Made by a program: the position numbers and the translations under genes. From Pseudomonadota bacterium (GTDB lineage: Bacteria; Desulfobacterota; Binatia; UBA12015), in assembly GCA_005777805.1 (NCBI GenBank), contig SXLG01000115.1, positions 1 to 60,910 of the forward strand: DNA of 60,910 nucleotides, given 5' to 3'. Shown one piece after another: positions 44,050-53,607 of the stretch (its first letter is position 1; each line of letters starts with the position of its first letter). Under the pieces are notes generated by a model that was given only the letters and a program-made list of their open reading frames with translations, was not told the DNA's origin and ran no database searches.

Positions 44050-45882
44050 GTGGATCGGAGCGCCTTCCGTTCGGCAAACCTCGGGGTCATCGCGCAACGC
44101 TGGCCCGAGCTCGCGCGGGCTCTTGCGGCGCATCGAGGTCCGCCGCCTGTGGGCTGGAGCGTCGCGCGGACGGCCGTCGGCGATCCCGTACTCTCGGTCG
44201 AGGGCCAGCGGATCGATCATCCCGCGGATCCGGCGGCCGGCGCACGCCGCTGGGCCATGGGGGTCGTCGAGCGGGCCGACACGATCAGTGCATCAAGCAT
44301 CGTTCTGATCGGCTTCGGGCTCGGCCATCAAGTCACCGCCCTCCTCGAACTGGGCCAGCGACCAATCGTGGTGATCGAGCCACGACTCGACCTTCTGGCC
44401 TGTGCTCTTGGTGAGCGAGATCTCCGGACGGTCCTCGAATCTCTGGCGGAACTCCGCGCGGGTGACGACGCCGTGTCCGACTTCGCCGCCGAGTCTGCCG
44501 CCGGCCGCGAGTGGGTCGATGCTCTGCCGGGGCTTTTGACGACTTCCCAACGCGACCACGCCGACGCGCTCGAGAAAGTGCGCCGGCGGCTCGGTCTCGG
44601 TGATCAGCGTCCGCTTCGGATCTCGATCGTTTCGCCGCTCTACGGGGGCTCTCACCCGATCGCGCTGGCGGCGGCACGTGGTCTGAGCCGACTCCGCCAT
44701 CAGGTGGAACTCCTGGATCTTTCTCGGTTCCAGGCAGCAAGGCAGGCGCTCGACCTCTTCAGCACCAAGCCATCGGCACGGCTCGGCCTCGAGGCCGGCC
44801 TGACGCAGGTGCTCGGCCGTGGCGTGTTGGCGCACGTCCGCCAGCGGCGGCCCGACGTTCTGCTCGCGTTGGCGCAGGCGCCTCTGGACGCCGAGGTCCT
44901 CCAACAGATCGGCCGCGAGGGGGTCCTGCGCGCAATGTGGTTTGTCGAGGACCACCGTCTGATGGACTACTGGCGGACGGTCGCGCCACATTACGACGCG
45001 TTCTTCTCGATCGAGGGCCCCGCCGCACTTGCCGCGATCTCCGCCCATGGCGGGGGTCTGGTGGCGCATCTGCCCTGCGCGGCCGACCCGGAACTCCATC
45101 GCCCGCTCGAGATCGGGCCCGGCGAACGGCGGCTCTGGGGAAGCGACGTCTCGTTCGTCGGGGCGGGCTACCGCAACCGCCGAGAGGGCTTGCGCCGTTT
45201 CGCCGATTTCGACTTCCGCATCTGGGGCAACGACTGGAACCAACCCGGTCCGCTCGCCGGTTTCCTCCAGCGTGGCGGACGCCGCGTCTCGAGTGAAGAG
45301 GCGGTCCGGATCTTCAATGCGACACGGGTCAACCTGAATCTGCACTCCTCGGCGTGGTGCGACGGCGTCGATCCGCAGGGTGATTTCGTCAATCCACGTA
45401 CCTTCGAAATCGCTGCTTGTGATGCTTTTCAGGTCGTGGATCGGCGTGCCGGCCTCGCCAGCGTCTTCGCCGAGGGCGATGGGATCGCCGTCGCGACAAG
45501 CATGGACGAGATGCGTGAGCTGACCCGGCATCATCTTGCCCGGCCAGAAGAGCGCCGCGCGCATGCTGCGAGAGCTCGCCGCCGCGTGCTGCGCGATCAT
45601 ACCTACGAGCACCGCATGGCCGACCTGGTCGCGGCGTTGCGGACGCGGTGGCCCGAACGATTCATGGGAGCGCGCGCTCTGGCCACGGTGGCCGACGCAA
45701 AGGGCCGTGCGCCGGCCGGATTGCGCGAGTTCCTGGCGCGGCTGCCCGGGGAGACACCCTTGCGCCTCGATGCGCTGGCGCGCGGGATCGGTCAGGGCAG
45801 TGGCGATCTCGACGACGCCGAGGGCCTGGTCCTCTTCCTGCATCAGTTCTCGGACCTCTACCTGGCGGAGGCGGGCCGATGA
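44050..45882 (+). CDS. Glycosyltransferase: N-terminal motility-accessory-factor (DUF115-associated)-like region plus CgeB/DUF3880-type GT domain
   Basis: N-terminal NL..I..RWPEL...G.PVL.VEG.RI.HP.DP...A..W...LIGFGLGH..VIEP; C-terminal P.YGGS.P, MWFVED, LP.AADP..H, SFVGAGY.NR, NPRTFEIAAC, HTYEHRM. Start GTG 44050 inferred; the ORF is open from 43588. Confidence 0.8.
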   Translation: MDRSAFRSANLGVIAQRWPELARALAAHRGPPPVGWSVARTAVGDPVLSVEGQRIDHPADPAAGARRWAMGVVERADTISASSIVLIGFGLGHQVTALLELGQRPIVVIEPRLDLLACALGERDLRTVLESLAELRAGDDAVSDFAAESAAGREWVDALPGLLTTSQRDHADALEKVRRRLGLGDQRPLRISIVSPLYGGSHPIALAAARGLSRLRHQVELLDLSRFQAARQALDLFSTKPSARLGLEAGLTQVLGRGVLAHVRQRRPDVLLALAQAPLDAEVLQQIGREGVLRAMWFVEDHRLMDYWRTVAPHYDAFFSIEGPAALAAISAHGGGLVAHLPCAADPELHRPLEIGPGERRLWGSDVSFVGAGYRNRREGLRRFADFDFRIWGNDWNQPGPLAGFLQRGGRRVSSEEAVRIFNATRVNLNLHSSAWCDGVDPQGDFVNPRTFEIAACDAFQVVDRRAGLASVFAEGDGIAVATSMDEMRELTRHHLARPEERRAHAARARRRVLRDHTYEHRMADLVAALRTRWPERFMGARALATVADAKGRAPAGLREFLARLPGETPLRLDALARGIGQGSGDLDDAEGLVLFLHQFSDLYLAEAGR

Positions 45883-47627
45883 GCGCGGTCGCGGCCGTGC
45901 CGTGGCCAGCGGAGTTTTCGCTCGGCTCTGGCGTGGTCGCGCCGGCGAATGCCCCGGGGCCGCGGCGGCGCAGCGCGCGGGTCGAACGCATCCTGATCTT
46001 GAATCTGACTCGGCTCGGCGATCTGCTCCAGACCTCCCCGACCATCGCGACCCTGCGCGCCCTCCACCCGGACGCCAGCATCACACTCGTCGCCGATCGC
46101 AATTTCGCAGCAGTGGCGCGCGGCATTCCGCATCTCGACGAGGTGCTGGAGGTCTCTCTCGACGACATGGGCCGCCAGATCCTCGAGGGTGGCGAGGGAT
46201 TGCTCAGCGCCTGGACCATGGCACGCGACCTCGTCGAGAGCCTGCGCTGCGCCCGCTTCGATGTCGCGCTCAATCTCTCGAGCTCGCGTATGAGCGCGAT
46301 ATTGATGGGTCTCGTCGGCGTGCCCGATACACGCGGCTGGTCGGCAACCCCGGACGGTTGCAGGGTGATTTGCGGGCGCTGGTCGAAGCTCTTCGCCGCG
46401 TCGTGCCTCCACCGTGCGGCCGCACCCTTCAATCTGGTCGACACCTATCGCTTGATCGCCGGTTTCGCCGCGGGGCCCGAGGCGCTCGCTTTCTCGGTCG
46501 GCGCCCCGGCGCGCGCCCAGGCGCGGGAGCTTCTGGCAGGGAGCACAGCACCGCGGGTGGCCTTTCAGCTCGGCGCCAGTCGTGAGATCCGACAGTGGCC
46601 GGTGGCGAGCTTTGCTGCCGTGATCCGGGCGCTGGCGGGCGTGGGCATCGAGGCCGTGTTGATCGGTGCGGCCGGCGATCACGGCCTCGCGGCGACCGTG
46701 GCGCAGCTCGCGGGCGTGCCGGTGCGCGATCTGACCGGGGCGACCGACATTTCCGGTCTTGCCGCCGTGCTCGGTGAGTGTGGCCTGCTCGTCACGGGCG
46801 ATACCGGCCCGATGCATCTCGCAGCGGCGGTGGGGACGCCCGTGGTCGGGCTCTTCTTCGGACCGGCTCTGCCGCACGACACCGGCCCCTACGGCCGTGA
46901 CCACCTTCTGGTCCACGCCGCGGTGCCGTGCGCCCCGTGTGCCCATGCGGCGGATTGTGGTGCGCCGTACTGTCGCCAGGAGATCTCGCCCGATTTGGTC
47001 GCCGCTCTCGTGCGCGACCGCCTCGCCGGCCGCTGGGAAGCGATCGAGCAACGCGCCCGTGCCGAGGCCATCGCACGGGTTCATCGAACAGATTTCGACG
47101 CTGCGGGATTCTTCCGCGCCACACCCCTGGATGGCCGCAGCGGCACGAACGATCTCCTCAGGCTCGCGCACCGGACGCTCTTCAGTGAGGAGTCCGGTGC
47201 GCCGGTGATATCGGACGCAATCGATGCCCCCGACGGAGTCGTGGTGCCATGGGCTGCGGGCGCAGCGGTTTTTGCGCGACTCGGCCTGCTGGCGCGCGAG
47301 GCTGCGGCCTGCGCGCAGCAGCTGGCCCGGGCGGGGAGCGCCGCGTCGTTCGATTCGGTGGAGCACGCGCACGCGAAGCTGCTCGCCGCCGAGGAGTCGA
47401 TCGCCACCCTGGCCGCTACTGCGCCCGAGATTCGTCTGCTCACCACGCTCACCGGCTTCGAGCGCGAGCGTCTGGACTCGGGAAGCGTCGAGTACCTCGC
47501 GCATCAGACCGCTGCCCTGCAGACCCGGCTCGCGCGCCGGGCGCTTCACGTGGCTCGCCAGCTCGCGGGCCCACTTCAGCAAGAAGGAGATTCGACATGG
47601 ATGTCTACCGCAACGGCGACCCTCTGA
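45879..47627 (+). CDS. GT9 (heptosyltransferase-like) glycosyltransferase with a C-terminal helical extension
   Basis: ILILNLTRLGDLLQTSP, QLGAS..IRQWP..SFA, LVTGDTGPMHLAAAVGTP, F.GPA...DTGPY, CAPC....C....C; ATGA overlap. Confidence 0.85.
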   Translation: MSAVAAVPWPAEFSLGSGVVAPANAPGPRRRSARVERILILNLTRLGDLLQTSPTIATLRALHPDASITLVADRNFAAVARGIPHLDEVLEVSLDDMGRQILEGGEGLLSAWTMARDLVESLRCARFDVALNLSSSRMSAILMGLVGVPDTRGWSATPDGCRVICGRWSKLFAASCLHRAAAPFNLVDTYRLIAGFAAGPEALAFSVGAPARAQARELLAGSTAPRVAFQLGASREIRQWPVASFAAVIRALAGVGIEAVLIGAAGDHGLAATVAQLAGVPVRDLTGATDISGLAAVLGECGLLVTGDTGPMHLAAAVGTPVVGLFFGPALPHDTGPYGRDHLLVHAAVPCAPCAHAADCGAPYCRQEISPDLVAALVRDRLAGRWEAIEQRARAEAIARVHRTDFDAAGFFRATPLDGRSGTNDLLRLAHRTLFSEESGAPVISDAIDAPDGVVVPWAAGAAVFARLGLLAREAAACAQQLARAGSAASFDSVEHAHAKLLAAEESIATLAATAPEIRLLTTLTGFERERLDSGSVEYLAHQTAALQTRLARRALHVARQLAGPLQQEGDSTWMSTATATL

Positions 47628-48160
47628 GTGGCTTTGTGCCAAGTCCGGCGGCTACCCTCGGGCAGGTCCTCGAGGCGCTCGACCTCTGGCTCGAGGCAGG
47701 CGAGGTGATCTTTGCGATCGAGGTCGACGGCGAGGCCTTCGCCGCTGGTGATCCGGCGCTTGCCGGTGCGCGTCCGGTCACTTCGATCTCCCGACTCGAT
47801 ATTCGCACCATGCCCACGGAGGCGGTCGTGACCCGGCTCGAGGAAGATGCTCGCGCCGCCTTCGAGATCATTGCGGCCAAGCTCCGGCGTGTCCGCCAGG
47901 GGCGCGCACAGCCGGATCCGGCACGCGAGCGTCTCCTGGCCGAAGCCATGGTCGAGCTTAAACTTGCACTCGAACTCGATCAGGGAATCCTGGCCCTTGG
48001 GGGGAGGGCCTGCGGTCCGACGCTGGGCGAGTTGGAGGGGCCCATGACCGCCGCACTCCACGCGCGGGAGGCGGGTCGCGGGGACGAGGCCGGGCGGGCA
48101 CTCGGTGCACTCGAGGAGATCCTCTCGCGGAGCACGCAGGACAGCGCGCGAGCGAGCTGA
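47597..48160 (+). CDS. Hypothetical protein (187 aa)
   Basis: AAGGAG SD; N-terminal EVIFAIEVDGE beta region followed by helices; overlaps the end of the GT9 gene. Confidence 0.75.
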   Translation: MDVYRNGDPLSGFVPSPAATLGQVLEALDLWLEAGEVIFAIEVDGEAFAAGDPALAGARPVTSISRLDIRTMPTEAVVTRLEEDARAAFEIIAAKLRRVRQGRAQPDPARERLLAEAMVELKLALELDQGILALGGRACGPTLGELEGPMTAALHAREAGRGDEAGRALGALEEILSRSTQDSARAS

Positions 48161-48212
48161 CGCCAGGGCGAGTGCCGAGGAGAACACCCTAAGGGTTTTC
48201 CCAGGGCGAGAC

Positions 48213-48240
48213 TCAAGTGGCGCCGGAGGCCGGCCGAAAC
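48213..48240 (+). promoter_or_regulatory. sigma28-type promoter of the chemotaxis operon
   Basis: TCAAGTGG-N12-GCCGAAAC, with spacing identical to the flagellin-2 site. Confidence 0.6.
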
Positions 48241-48252
48241 CGGGACAGCCAG

Positions 48253-48705
48253 ATGGAGATTACACACACGACGGTGGAGCAGGCGACGCGCGAGGTGCTC
48301 GAGACAAGCGCGCACGCCCCGGTCCTCCAGGTGCGCCATACCAGCAGGGCGGATCATGATTTCGCGGAATTGATCGCGACTCTCTCCCTCATGGGGACAC
48401 GCGGCGGAACGCTCGTGGTCTACTGCGGCTGGCAACAAGCGGTGGAGTTGGCGAACGGAATGCTCGGTGGAGGGCCCGAGCCCGATCGCGAGACGGTACA
48501 TGACGCGGTCGGCGAGATGGTCAACCAGATCGGCGGCTCCATCAAGCGGAATGTCGGGGCCAGTGGCAGCGAGATCATGCTCTCGCCGCCCGTGGTCATC
48601 TCCGGATCGCCGCTGCGGCATTGTGTGCGTTCGAGTGCCGAACCTCTCTCGGTCGAGCTCGAGACCGCGACCGGTGCGCTCTGGGTAGGCTTGTGGCCAT
48701 CTTGA
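48253..48705 (+). CDS. cheX: CheX-like phosphatase (copy 1)
   Basis: LSLMG..GG.L, D..HDAVGEMVNQIGG (E-x2-N motif), LSPP.VI.G. Confidence 0.8.
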   Translation: MEITHTTVEQATREVLETSAHAPVLQVRHTSRADHDFAELIATLSLMGTRGGTLVVYCGWQQAVELANGMLGGGPEPDRETVHDAVGEMVNQIGGSIKRNVGASGSEIMLSPPVVISGSPLRHCVRSSAEPLSVELETATGALWVGLWPS

Positions 48706-48730
48706 AGAGCTTTGCGGGGGCGTGGTTGTC

Positions 48731-49831
48731 ATGAAGACGGTTCTCACGATCGACGACAGCAAGGTGGTGCGGACGATGGTCGGCCGTGCCCTGCAGACCT
48801 TCGGGGTGCGCGTGCTCGAAGCGCAGCACGGCGGCGAGGGCCTGACGCTCGCGCGTGCCGACCGCCCCGATCTGATCCTGCTCGACGTGACCATGCCGGT
48901 CATGGACGGGCGCCAGACCCTGGCCGAGATCCGCGGCGACGCGTCGATCCATGACGTGCCGGTGATCATGCTGACGGCCGAAAGCGGCAAGGACATCGTG
49001 ATCGAGATCGCCCGCCTCGGGGTCACGGGCTACATCGTCAAGCCCTTCAAGCAGGAGACCTTCGAGAAGGAAGTCGCCAAGGTTCTGGGAAGTCCCGAGG
49101 CCGCCGCCGAGGGGGCGGTCGATCCGACCGCGGTTCTGGTGGTCGACGACAGCGAGAAAGTCCTCGACGTCGCGCGCGCGGCGCTGGCGCACAACATGAA
49201 GGTGCTCACCGCGTTGAGCGGTGCCGAAGCGCTCGAGACCTACCGCAACAGCCGACCCGGCGTCGTGGTGGTCGATCTGGCCATGCCCGATATGGACGGG
49301 TTCGCCACGCTGGCGGAGCTGCGCAAGCTCGGCCGCAGCGGCTACGTCGCGCTCTCGGTGCGCGGTGACGACGCGGCGCAGGAGAAGGCGCGCAAGGCGG
49401 GCTACCACGGCGTGGTGGGCAAGCCTTTCCGCGAGGGAGAGCTGCTTGACCATGTCCTGACCGCCGCGAGCAGCGTGGTGGCGCCCGAGGACCTGGTCAA
49501 ATGCTGCCTCGGCGACGAGGACGGCTGCCCCGTCTTCGCGATTCCGCCGGCGCGAGTCCTGTCGCGACTCCTCCCCGAATTCGCCAAGCGGCTGCGTTCA
49601 CTCGCCGAGGACGGCAACGATAGACTGATCATCGACGTGGCCCGGCTCGAGGAACTGAGTTCGGACCACGTTACCTCGCTGGCCCGCATGTTGGCCGAGG
49701 CGAGTGGCGTCGGGCTGCGGACCGCAATTTGCACAACCAATGCCGGGGTCATCGCAACGCTGCGCGAGCTGGCCGAGGCGGGAGAGGCCCGCTGGGCGGA
49801 CACTCGCGGCGCGGCACGCGCCTGCCTCTAG
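48731..49831 (+). CDS. Response regulator with two receiver domains and a C-terminal STAS-like domain
   Basis: REC1 IDDS..LILLDVTMP.MDG..LT..YIVKPF; REC2 VDDS..VVVDLAMPDMDG..LS..VGKPF; tail RLIIDVARLEELSSDHVTSL...AIC...VI..LR. Confidence 0.8.
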   Translation: MKTVLTIDDSKVVRTMVGRALQTFGVRVLEAQHGGEGLTLARADRPDLILLDVTMPVMDGRQTLAEIRGDASIHDVPVIMLTAESGKDIVIEIARLGVTGYIVKPFKQETFEKEVAKVLGSPEAAAEGAVDPTAVLVVDDSEKVLDVARAALAHNMKVLTALSGAEALETYRNSRPGVVVVDLAMPDMDGFATLAELRKLGRSGYVALSVRGDDAAQEKARKAGYHGVVGKPFREGELLDHVLTAASSVVAPEDLVKCCLGDEDGCPVFAIPPARVLSRLLPEFAKRLRSLAEDGNDRLIIDVARLEELSSDHVTSLARMLAEASGVGLRTAICTTNAGVIATLRELAEAGEARWADTRGAARACL

Positions 49832-49868
49832 GCCGGTTTCGAGAGACGAGGACACGGGAGTCGGGGTC

Positions 49869-50744
49869 ATGAACGCATCGACGACTTGGGAAGCCGGAGC
49901 CGATCCGACGGATACGCGGGCGCGCGTTGCGGGCACGCTGAAGAGGCTCTCGCGGACGGGCGCCCTGCCCACGCTACCCGCAGTGGCGAGTGCCGCGCTC
50001 GCGCTGGCGCGCGACCCCGATGCCGACATCGACCGGATGTGCCAGATCGTCCGCACGGATATTGGCTTGTCGGCGCGAGTGCTCCGGCTGGCGAACTCGG
50101 CCGCACTGGGCCGGCGCACACCGGCGCGCCGACTCAACGAGGCTGTCGTGACCATCGGCTTGCGCAAGACCACCGATGTTCTGGTCGCGGCTTGCGCGCG
50201 CCAGCTCTATGACACGGGCTCGCCACTTGCCGAGGCTCAGTGGCGGCACGCGCTGGCGACGGCGGTCGCGAGTGAGAAGATCGCGCGCGCCTCGCGCCGT
50301 GCCGATCCGAGCCGCGCATTTCTGCCCGGACTTTTCCACGACGTCGGCCGGGTCGCTTTCCTGCTCGCCGATGAGGTCTCGCTGCGCGTGATCGACCGCA
50401 TGGTCGACGAATGCGCCGGCGACCGCGCTACCCTGGAAGAGGAGTGGTACGGCTTTGACCACGCGCAGGCAGGGGCGGAGCTCGCCGAGGACTGGGGCCT
50501 CGCTCTCGAACAATGCGACGCGATCCGCTGGCACCACGACCCCGGCACGGCCGGTGCCGCCGCCGATCTGGCGGCCGTGATCAATGCCGCCGACGGCGTT
50601 GCGTATGCGATCGGGCAGGGTGTCGCGCTCTGGCCGCCGGAAAGCGTGGGCCTTGCGGCACTGGGCCTCGACGCCGAGGCCGGGCAGAAACTGACCGAGG
50701 AGATCGGTGAAGCGTTTCAGGAGAACCTTGCCGTCCTTGGTTAG
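49869..50744 (+). CDS. HDOD domain protein
   Basis: LPTLP.VA, D..LSARVLRLANSA, L.EAVV.IG, WRHALATA, GLFHDVGR, DHAQAGA.LA..WGL, AIRWHH. Confidence 0.93.
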   Translation: MNASTTWEAGADPTDTRARVAGTLKRLSRTGALPTLPAVASAALALARDPDADIDRMCQIVRTDIGLSARVLRLANSAALGRRTPARRLNEAVVTIGLRKTTDVLVAACARQLYDTGSPLAEAQWRHALATAVASEKIARASRRADPSRAFLPGLFHDVGRVAFLLADEVSLRVIDRMVDECAGDRATLEEEWYGFDHAQAGAELAEDWGLALEQCDAIRWHHDPGTAGAAADLAAVINAADGVAYAIGQGVALWPPESVGLAALGLDAEAGQKLTEEIGEAFQENLAVLG

Positions 50745-50807
50745 GCCGGCACGAGGCACGGTCGTTCATGGCGAGCACGAGGCAGATGACACCGCGGAGA
50801 GTGAGAG

Positions 50808-53135
50808 ATGAGTCTGGACAATGATCTCGAGGAGGTCGTGCACGAGTTTCTGGTCGAGAGCTACGAGAATCTCGACCAGCTCGATCGCGACCTGATCGAG
50901 CTGGAGCGCGATCCCAAATCCGCCGAGCGACTGGGGAGCGTCTTCCGGACGATCCACACGATCAAGGGAACCTGTGGGTTCCTCGGCTTCGAACGCCTCG
51001 AGGGCGTGGCTCACGTCGGCGAGAGTCTGCTCAGTCGGCTGCGCGACGGCCGTCTTTTGCTCGACGCCGACATCACCAGCGGGCTGCTCGCGATGGTGGA
51101 CGCCGTGCGGATCATGCTCGCGCGGATCGAGTCCGAGGGGAACGACGGCGAGGATCACTACCCGAGCCTGTGTGCGCGGCTCGAAGCGCTGCAGGAAGAG
51201 GTCGCCGCCAGCGCGCGGCCCGCGCCGCATGAGGCCGAGAGCATGATGGAGACCGGCAGCCCGAGAGAAGAGACGCCGTTCTCGACGGAAGAGGAGATGA
51301 GCGAGATCGAGACCACGGGCGTGGCCACCCCGGCCGCCCCGCTTCCCGTGGCGACCGAGCGGACATTCAGCGAAGAGCTCGAGGAGGGTCGCCGCGAAGG
51401 GGCTGATCCGGAGGTGCGCAGCTCGGGCGGTGTCGCCGAGAGCACCATCCGCGTCGACGTCCATCTGCTCGATCGCTTGATGAATCTGGTCGGCGAGCTC
51501 GTGCTCTCACGCAATCAAGTGCTGCAACACACCCAGCAGCGCAGCGAGGCGGGTCTCGCCGCGACTGCACAGCGCCTGAATCTGATCACCACTGAACTCC
51601 AGGAGGGCGTGATGAAGACCCGCATGCAGCCGATCGGTGGCGTGTGGGGACGCTTCCCGCGTGTCGTGCGCGATCTCGCCGTGACCTGTGGCAAGCAGGT
51701 CGATATCGAACTCGATGGGCGCGACACCGAACTCGACCGCTCGATCATCGAGGCCATCAAGGATCCTCTGACGCATGTCGTTCGCAACTCGATCGACCAT
51801 GGCATCGAGGGCCCCGCCGAGAGGCTGGCGGCAGGCAAATCGGCCACGGGCCGCCTCCGCATGCGCGCCTTTCACGAGGGCGGCCAGGTCAACATCGAGA
51901 TCAGTGATGACGGCCGCGGCATCGATCCCGAGAAGCTGCGCGAGCGGGCGGTCGCACGTGGCTTGTTGACGCACGAGCAGGCAAGTCGGCTCAACGATCG
52001 CGAGGCCATTCAGCTCATCTTCCTGGCCGGTTTCTCGACCGCCGAGAAGGTGAGCAATGTCTCGGGCCGCGGCGTGGGCATGGACGTCGTGAAGACGAAT
52101 GTAGAGCGGATCGGCGGCATGGTCGACGTTCAGAGCACGGTCGGGGCGGGCACGACGCTGCGCATGAAGATTCCCCTCACGCTGGCCATCATCCCGGCAC
52201 TCCTGGTCACGACGGCGGGCGACCGCTTCGCGATCCCACAGGGCAGTCTGCTCGAACTGGTCCGTCTCGAGAGCGACGTTGCGAAGCGCGCCGTCGAGAC
52301 AATTCGCGGGACCCGGGTCTACCGCCTGCGCGGCGAACTCCTGCCGCTGGTGGATCTAAAGCATATGCTCCGAATCCCCCAGGAATCGGATACGGGTAGC
52401 GAGGCCGTGAACATCGTGGTCTTGCAGGCCGACGGGCGGCGCTTCGGACTGATTGTCGATGCCATCAACGACACCGAGGAAATCGTGGTCAAGCCCCTCG
52501 GCAAGAGCCTGAAAGCGCTCTCGTCGTATGCCGGGGCGACCATCATGGGGGATGGTCGGGTCGCGCTGATCCTCGACGTGCTCGGTCTGGGCCAGGAGGT
52601 GGGGCTCGTTGGCCGCTCGCACGACCAGGGCGTGGGAGCGCAGGCGCGGACGCCCGGCGAGGCGGGCGAGGCCGGTAGTGGGGACGAGGCGAAAGCCACG
52701 GACGCGATCCTGGTCGTCGGCGTCGGCGAGACGGGAAGGCTCGGACTGAGTCTCTCCGCGGTCGATCGGCTCGAGGAGTTCCCTGCCGAGCGCATCGAGA
52801 TCTCCGGGGGTCAGGAGGTCGTCCAGTACCGCAACGACTTGCTGCCCTTGAAGCGTCTCGCCGACCTGCTCGGGAACTCCCTGCGCGCGAGTTCCGACGG
52901 GGAAGGGGCCGGGGTTCTTCAGGTCGTGGTCTGCAGCCGCGACGGCGAGAGCGTGGGGCTCGTCGTCGATCGCATCCTCGACATCGTCGAGGAGAATATC
53001 GAATTGCGCCGACGTCTCTCCCAGCCGGGCCTTCTCGGCTCGGTCGTCCTGCAAGGCAAGGTCACGGATCTCGTTGACGTCGGGACCCTCATGGATGATC
53101 TGGCCAGCGACACGCCGACGCGCGTGGCGGCCTGA
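50808..53135 (+). CDS. cheA: Chemotaxis histidine kinase CheA (P1-P3-P4-P5-P5, no P2)
   Basis: FRTIHTIKG (phospho-His), IRVDV.LLD.LMNLVGELV, HVVRNSIDHGIE, DDGRGI, GFSTA..VSNVSGRGVGMDVV, two CheW-like domains. Confidence 0.97.
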   Translation: MSLDNDLEEVVHEFLVESYENLDQLDRDLIELERDPKSAERLGSVFRTIHTIKGTCGFLGFERLEGVAHVGESLLSRLRDGRLLLDADITSGLLAMVDAVRIMLARIESEGNDGEDHYPSLCARLEALQEEVAASARPAPHEAESMMETGSPREETPFSTEEEMSEIETTGVATPAAPLPVATERTFSEELEEGRREGADPEVRSSGGVAESTIRVDVHLLDRLMNLVGELVLSRNQVLQHTQQRSEAGLAATAQRLNLITTELQEGVMKTRMQPIGGVWGRFPRVVRDLAVTCGKQVDIELDGRDTELDRSIIEAIKDPLTHVVRNSIDHGIEGPAERLAAGKSATGRLRMRAFHEGGQVNIEISDDGRGIDPEKLRERAVARGLLTHEQASRLNDREAIQLIFLAGFSTAEKVSNVSGRGVGMDVVKTNVERIGGMVDVQSTVGAGTTLRMKIPLTLAIIPALLVTTAGDRFAIPQGSLLELVRLESDVAKRAVETIRGTRVYRLRGELLPLVDLKHMLRIPQESDTGSEAVNIVVLQADGRRFGLIVDAINDTEEIVVKPLGKSLKALSSYAGATIMGDGRVALILDVLGLGQEVGLVGRSHDQGVGAQARTPGEAGEAGSGDEAKATDAILVVGVGETGRLGLSLSAVDRLEEFPAERIEISGGQEVVQYRNDLLPLKRLADLLGNSLRASSDGEGAGVLQVVVCSRDGESVGLVVDRILDIVEENIELRRRLSQPGLLGSVVLQGKVTDLVDVGTLMDDLASDTPTRVAA

Positions 53136-53147
53136 GGAGCGATTACC

Positions 53148-53594
53148 ATGGCTCGACAGTATGCCACCTACTACCTTGGTGACGAGTATTTCGGGGTCGA
53201 GGTCAAGCAAGTGCAGGAGGTCCTGCGCTACCAGGAAATGACCCGCGTCCCGCTCTCGTCGCCGGTGATTCGGGGTCTGATCAATCTGCGCGGCCAAATC
53301 GTGTTGGCGGTGGATCTCCGGCGGCGCCTGGGCCTGCCCGACCGCCCCGAGGGTACGTTGCCGATGAATGTTGTGCTGCAGACCGACGACGGTGCCGTGA
53401 GTCTGCTGGTCGATCGCATCGGCGATGTGATCACCGTGGCCGACGAGGACTTCGAGCTGCCACCGGAGAATCTGCGGGGCGTCTCGCGTGAGATCGTGCG
53501 TGGGGTCTTCAAGCTCGACGGCGCGTTGCTCCTGGTCGTCGATCCCGCGCGTGTTCTCGACTTCGAACGCCGCGCCGAGACGCTGGCGGCTTAG
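53148..53594 (+). CDS. cheW: CheW adaptor
   Basis: VQEVLRYQEMTRVP..I.GLINLRGQIV, LLVDRIGDVI. Confidence 0.96.
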   Translation: MARQYATYYLGDEYFGVEVKQVQEVLRYQEMTRVPLSSPVIRGLINLRGQIVLAVDLRRRLGLPDRPEGTLPMNVVLQTDDGAVSLLVDRIGDVITVADEDFELPPENLRGVSREIVRGVFKLDGALLLVVDPARVLDFERRAETLAA

Positions 53595-53607
53595 CTCGGG
53601 AGGCTTC

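Noticed and set aside
50749-50784. GCACGAGGCA direct repeat upstream of cheA
   Set aside because: Only 10 bp, GC-rich, two copies; plausible by chance.
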